Assembly: GCA_002633005.1 (NCBI GenBank)
Contig: NMRA01000591.1
Span: forward strand, 129,570 to 193,569
Source of the DNA: Phoronis australis
Taxonomy: Eukaryota; Animalia; Phoronida
Direction of reading: 5' to 3'
Length of the DNA stretch: 64,000 nt
Under the pieces are notes generated by a model. The model saw only the letters and a list, made by a program, of their open reading frames with translations, was not told the DNA's origin and searched no databases. Position numbers and translations under genes: made by a program. Below, piece after piece: positions 61,899 through 64,000 of this stretch. Position 1 is the stretch's first letter, and every line of letters begins with the position of its first letter.

Positions 61899-62869
61899 GC
61901 GCGGGTCCGATCTCAAATGCTCATTTAAAGCAGAAGCAAAATACATGTAGGCGTAATCACTTTGAGGAGAAACACAGCTGGGACGGCTTGTACGCCTATT
62001 TAACAAAGTTTTAAACGCATGCTTAAGGCCACAACAGTCGATAAGATACAACGAAGCTGAGCTGTTTGTTTCTAGTGAACCACAGCTGAGCTGGTTGCGC
62101 GTCCCAAGGCGTCACGAGAATTAAATGAACTGGTTCATTGAGTGAACTGTTTCATTTAGTGGTTAAGCCCTAAAAGGCTAACAGACCCGGCGCTGCTCTG
62201 TTGTTAGATATTAAAAACGTCAATCCTTTCCAATTTTCTGAATCAAAATAATGCTCTGTAAACTCCAGCAACTCTCAGATGTTTGGAGGGGCGAAAAATT
62301 CTTTCAAAGTCAAGCGTGAACTACGATTTTAGTGAATTGCACGGTAACATTGGGGAAAGACCATAAACCCGCCAAGAACCATGATCTGCAATCTGTAACA
62401 TAAAGAGTGGGAGATTTTAGTTGATTTTTGCTTTTTATTTTTGAACATTGACGCCAATGATGCATTAGCAGGTGACAGAACGAGGATTGATTGAAATCAT
62501 AGAAACAGGGTCGTCTAAGCTATATATCACGTGGGATGGACCGCTCTGATCGAAGCTATTGTCTGCGGGGGTCCTTTTGTATGTATTCGTTCGTCATACA
62601 GCGGACATTTTGGGCACTTAGCAATTTCGAAATTCTCAATTATAGATGAAACGTTAAATACGTCAATTGTGCGCAAAAGTTCATGTTCAATACAAAACAG
62701 TGCAAAGCTGAATGACTTTATCTGTCGAATGTTATTTCTGATCTCCATTGTGTTTTGAAAAAGATCGTTTGCCTCAACAGTAGCTGATTTTCGAAGTAGA
62801 CGCGCCATATTGAAATTAGATATCTTGCCGGACGGCTATCAGCAAAGAGTTCAATAAACACCAACACTT

Positions 62870-62978
62870 CTCAAGATTAGGTGAGATATTGCCATGTATT
62901 TTAAATGAGAACACGTGTTTTTCCTTAAGCTTTAGGGAGGTTCTTGCGTATAACCTTGCCCTACTGAACTGTACCCAG
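62870..62978 (-). mobile_element. Diverged partial MITE family A copy
   Basis: gagatattgccatgtattttaaatgagaacacgtg ... tactgaac..ccag matches 53721-53817. Confidence 0.65.
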
Positions 62979-64000
62979 GTCTTTGGTGGACATGTGTTTA
63001 GCGCAACCCCTAGCTCCCACGTGATGCGGATGTGAGATTTCAACGAAGTGGTACATACGACATTACTTTTCCTGCTGTCATAGCAACGGAAGTTTTTCAC
63101 TGATATGTCATGTGATGTGCAAATGACTTTCAGAAAAAGCAAAATTCTTGAAATATCCATGGGTGAACGACGTCATTTCCCATAGGTTTTCCACAGCGAA
63201 GATGAGTCCGCGATTGCATAGTCAGTGACAGTGCCGGACTGTTAAGTTGAGCATTTCAATTTCAGCCGATGTCAAAGTGCTAAAATAAATTTGCAGTCTT
63301 GGCCTAATTAAGTAATTATATGGCTGACTGGGGGATTTCGTCCTCTGTTTTTAAATTAGAGAACCTTTGCAGTGGTAATTTTTCGTTCCACCAATCAGAG
63401 TTGGGATCGAGCGGAAATCATTTTCTCGCTCTCATTACTATAGAGAGCGCCAATAGAAAAGTCCGACTCCAGACATTTGTAGATTAATGCATTTGGCCTC
63501 CACTAGACCGTTTACTTTTTCGGCTGCAAATGTGACTACCTAGATCGATTTTCAGCAGTTCACAAAACAGTACTAACTCGTCATCAAGACTTTCCTCCAT
63601 GTCCTGAGGACATTTGATGATGAGGGAAGTAGAGACTATTGTAATTTCGCCAACTTATAAAGTTTGCAGCTTTTGATGTGAACATAGTGAATGAAAGTGG
63701 TTTCAGGTGCAATGGGCTCAGCTGAGTGGATTGCGCTCGGCCCATGTAACGTGCATAAGAGGAGGTGCTCTATTTTTAGGTTGAACTTTTTCACCTCAAA
63801 CATTTGGTCCGGTTTGTGCTAGAGCTGTGTCTCTTCACGTAGTGGACGTTGGCTTGTAACCAGTGCTGCTGCGGCGGGTGACGAGACAGCGTGTACATTC
63901 GGCAACACTTATGAGAGGCTCGGGCTCTTGACAATTATGATACCAAGAACGTTATCCTTGTAAAATTTATACACTATGTGAAAATTCAAAATTTGCAGAT

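Noticed and set aside
31100-64000. A second host protein-coding gene
   Set aside because: No chain of phase-compatible exons or recognisable host protein motifs; small exons of a large gene cannot be excluded by eye.

Overview
Eukaryotic (AT-rich, spliceosomal introns; most likely a marine invertebrate such as a mollusc - inference) genomic DNA. The only host gene I can support is a complete 17-coding-exon ODF2/cenexin orthologue on the + strand (ATG 8190 to TAA 28325, ~838 aa coiled-coil centriole/flagellar protein; all exon phases join without frameshift, all introns GT..AG). The rest is a graveyard of repeats: at least four remnants of Kolobok-type DNA transposons (TTAA target, THAP-domain remnant facing a KolX/P2X7-ballast-like Cys-rich ORF), two large foldback elements (38.1-39.5 kb; 49.4-50.3 kb, the latter with a 9-bp TSD and a visible empty site), PIF/Harbinger-type and hAT-like MITEs, LINE reverse-transcriptase fossils, a tRNA-derived SINE, a ~1.05-kb direct repeat built from a TGTAGTGTACGTACCCC motif, and an old non-coding segmental duplication (39.7-42.5 kb vs 49.3-54.0 kb). 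I did not find a convincing wholly new biological system. The best leads are an unannotated in-frame 33-nt ODF2 micro-exon followed by a triple RFX X-box array, a >10-fold excess of TACATGTA that appears as 6-bp insertions into fossil ORFs (probable Tc1/mariner excision footprints), a Penelope-type hammerhead-like hairpin just upstream of ODF2, and a filled-versus-hairpin TTAA site pair. All homology statements are from recalled family motifs, not database searches.
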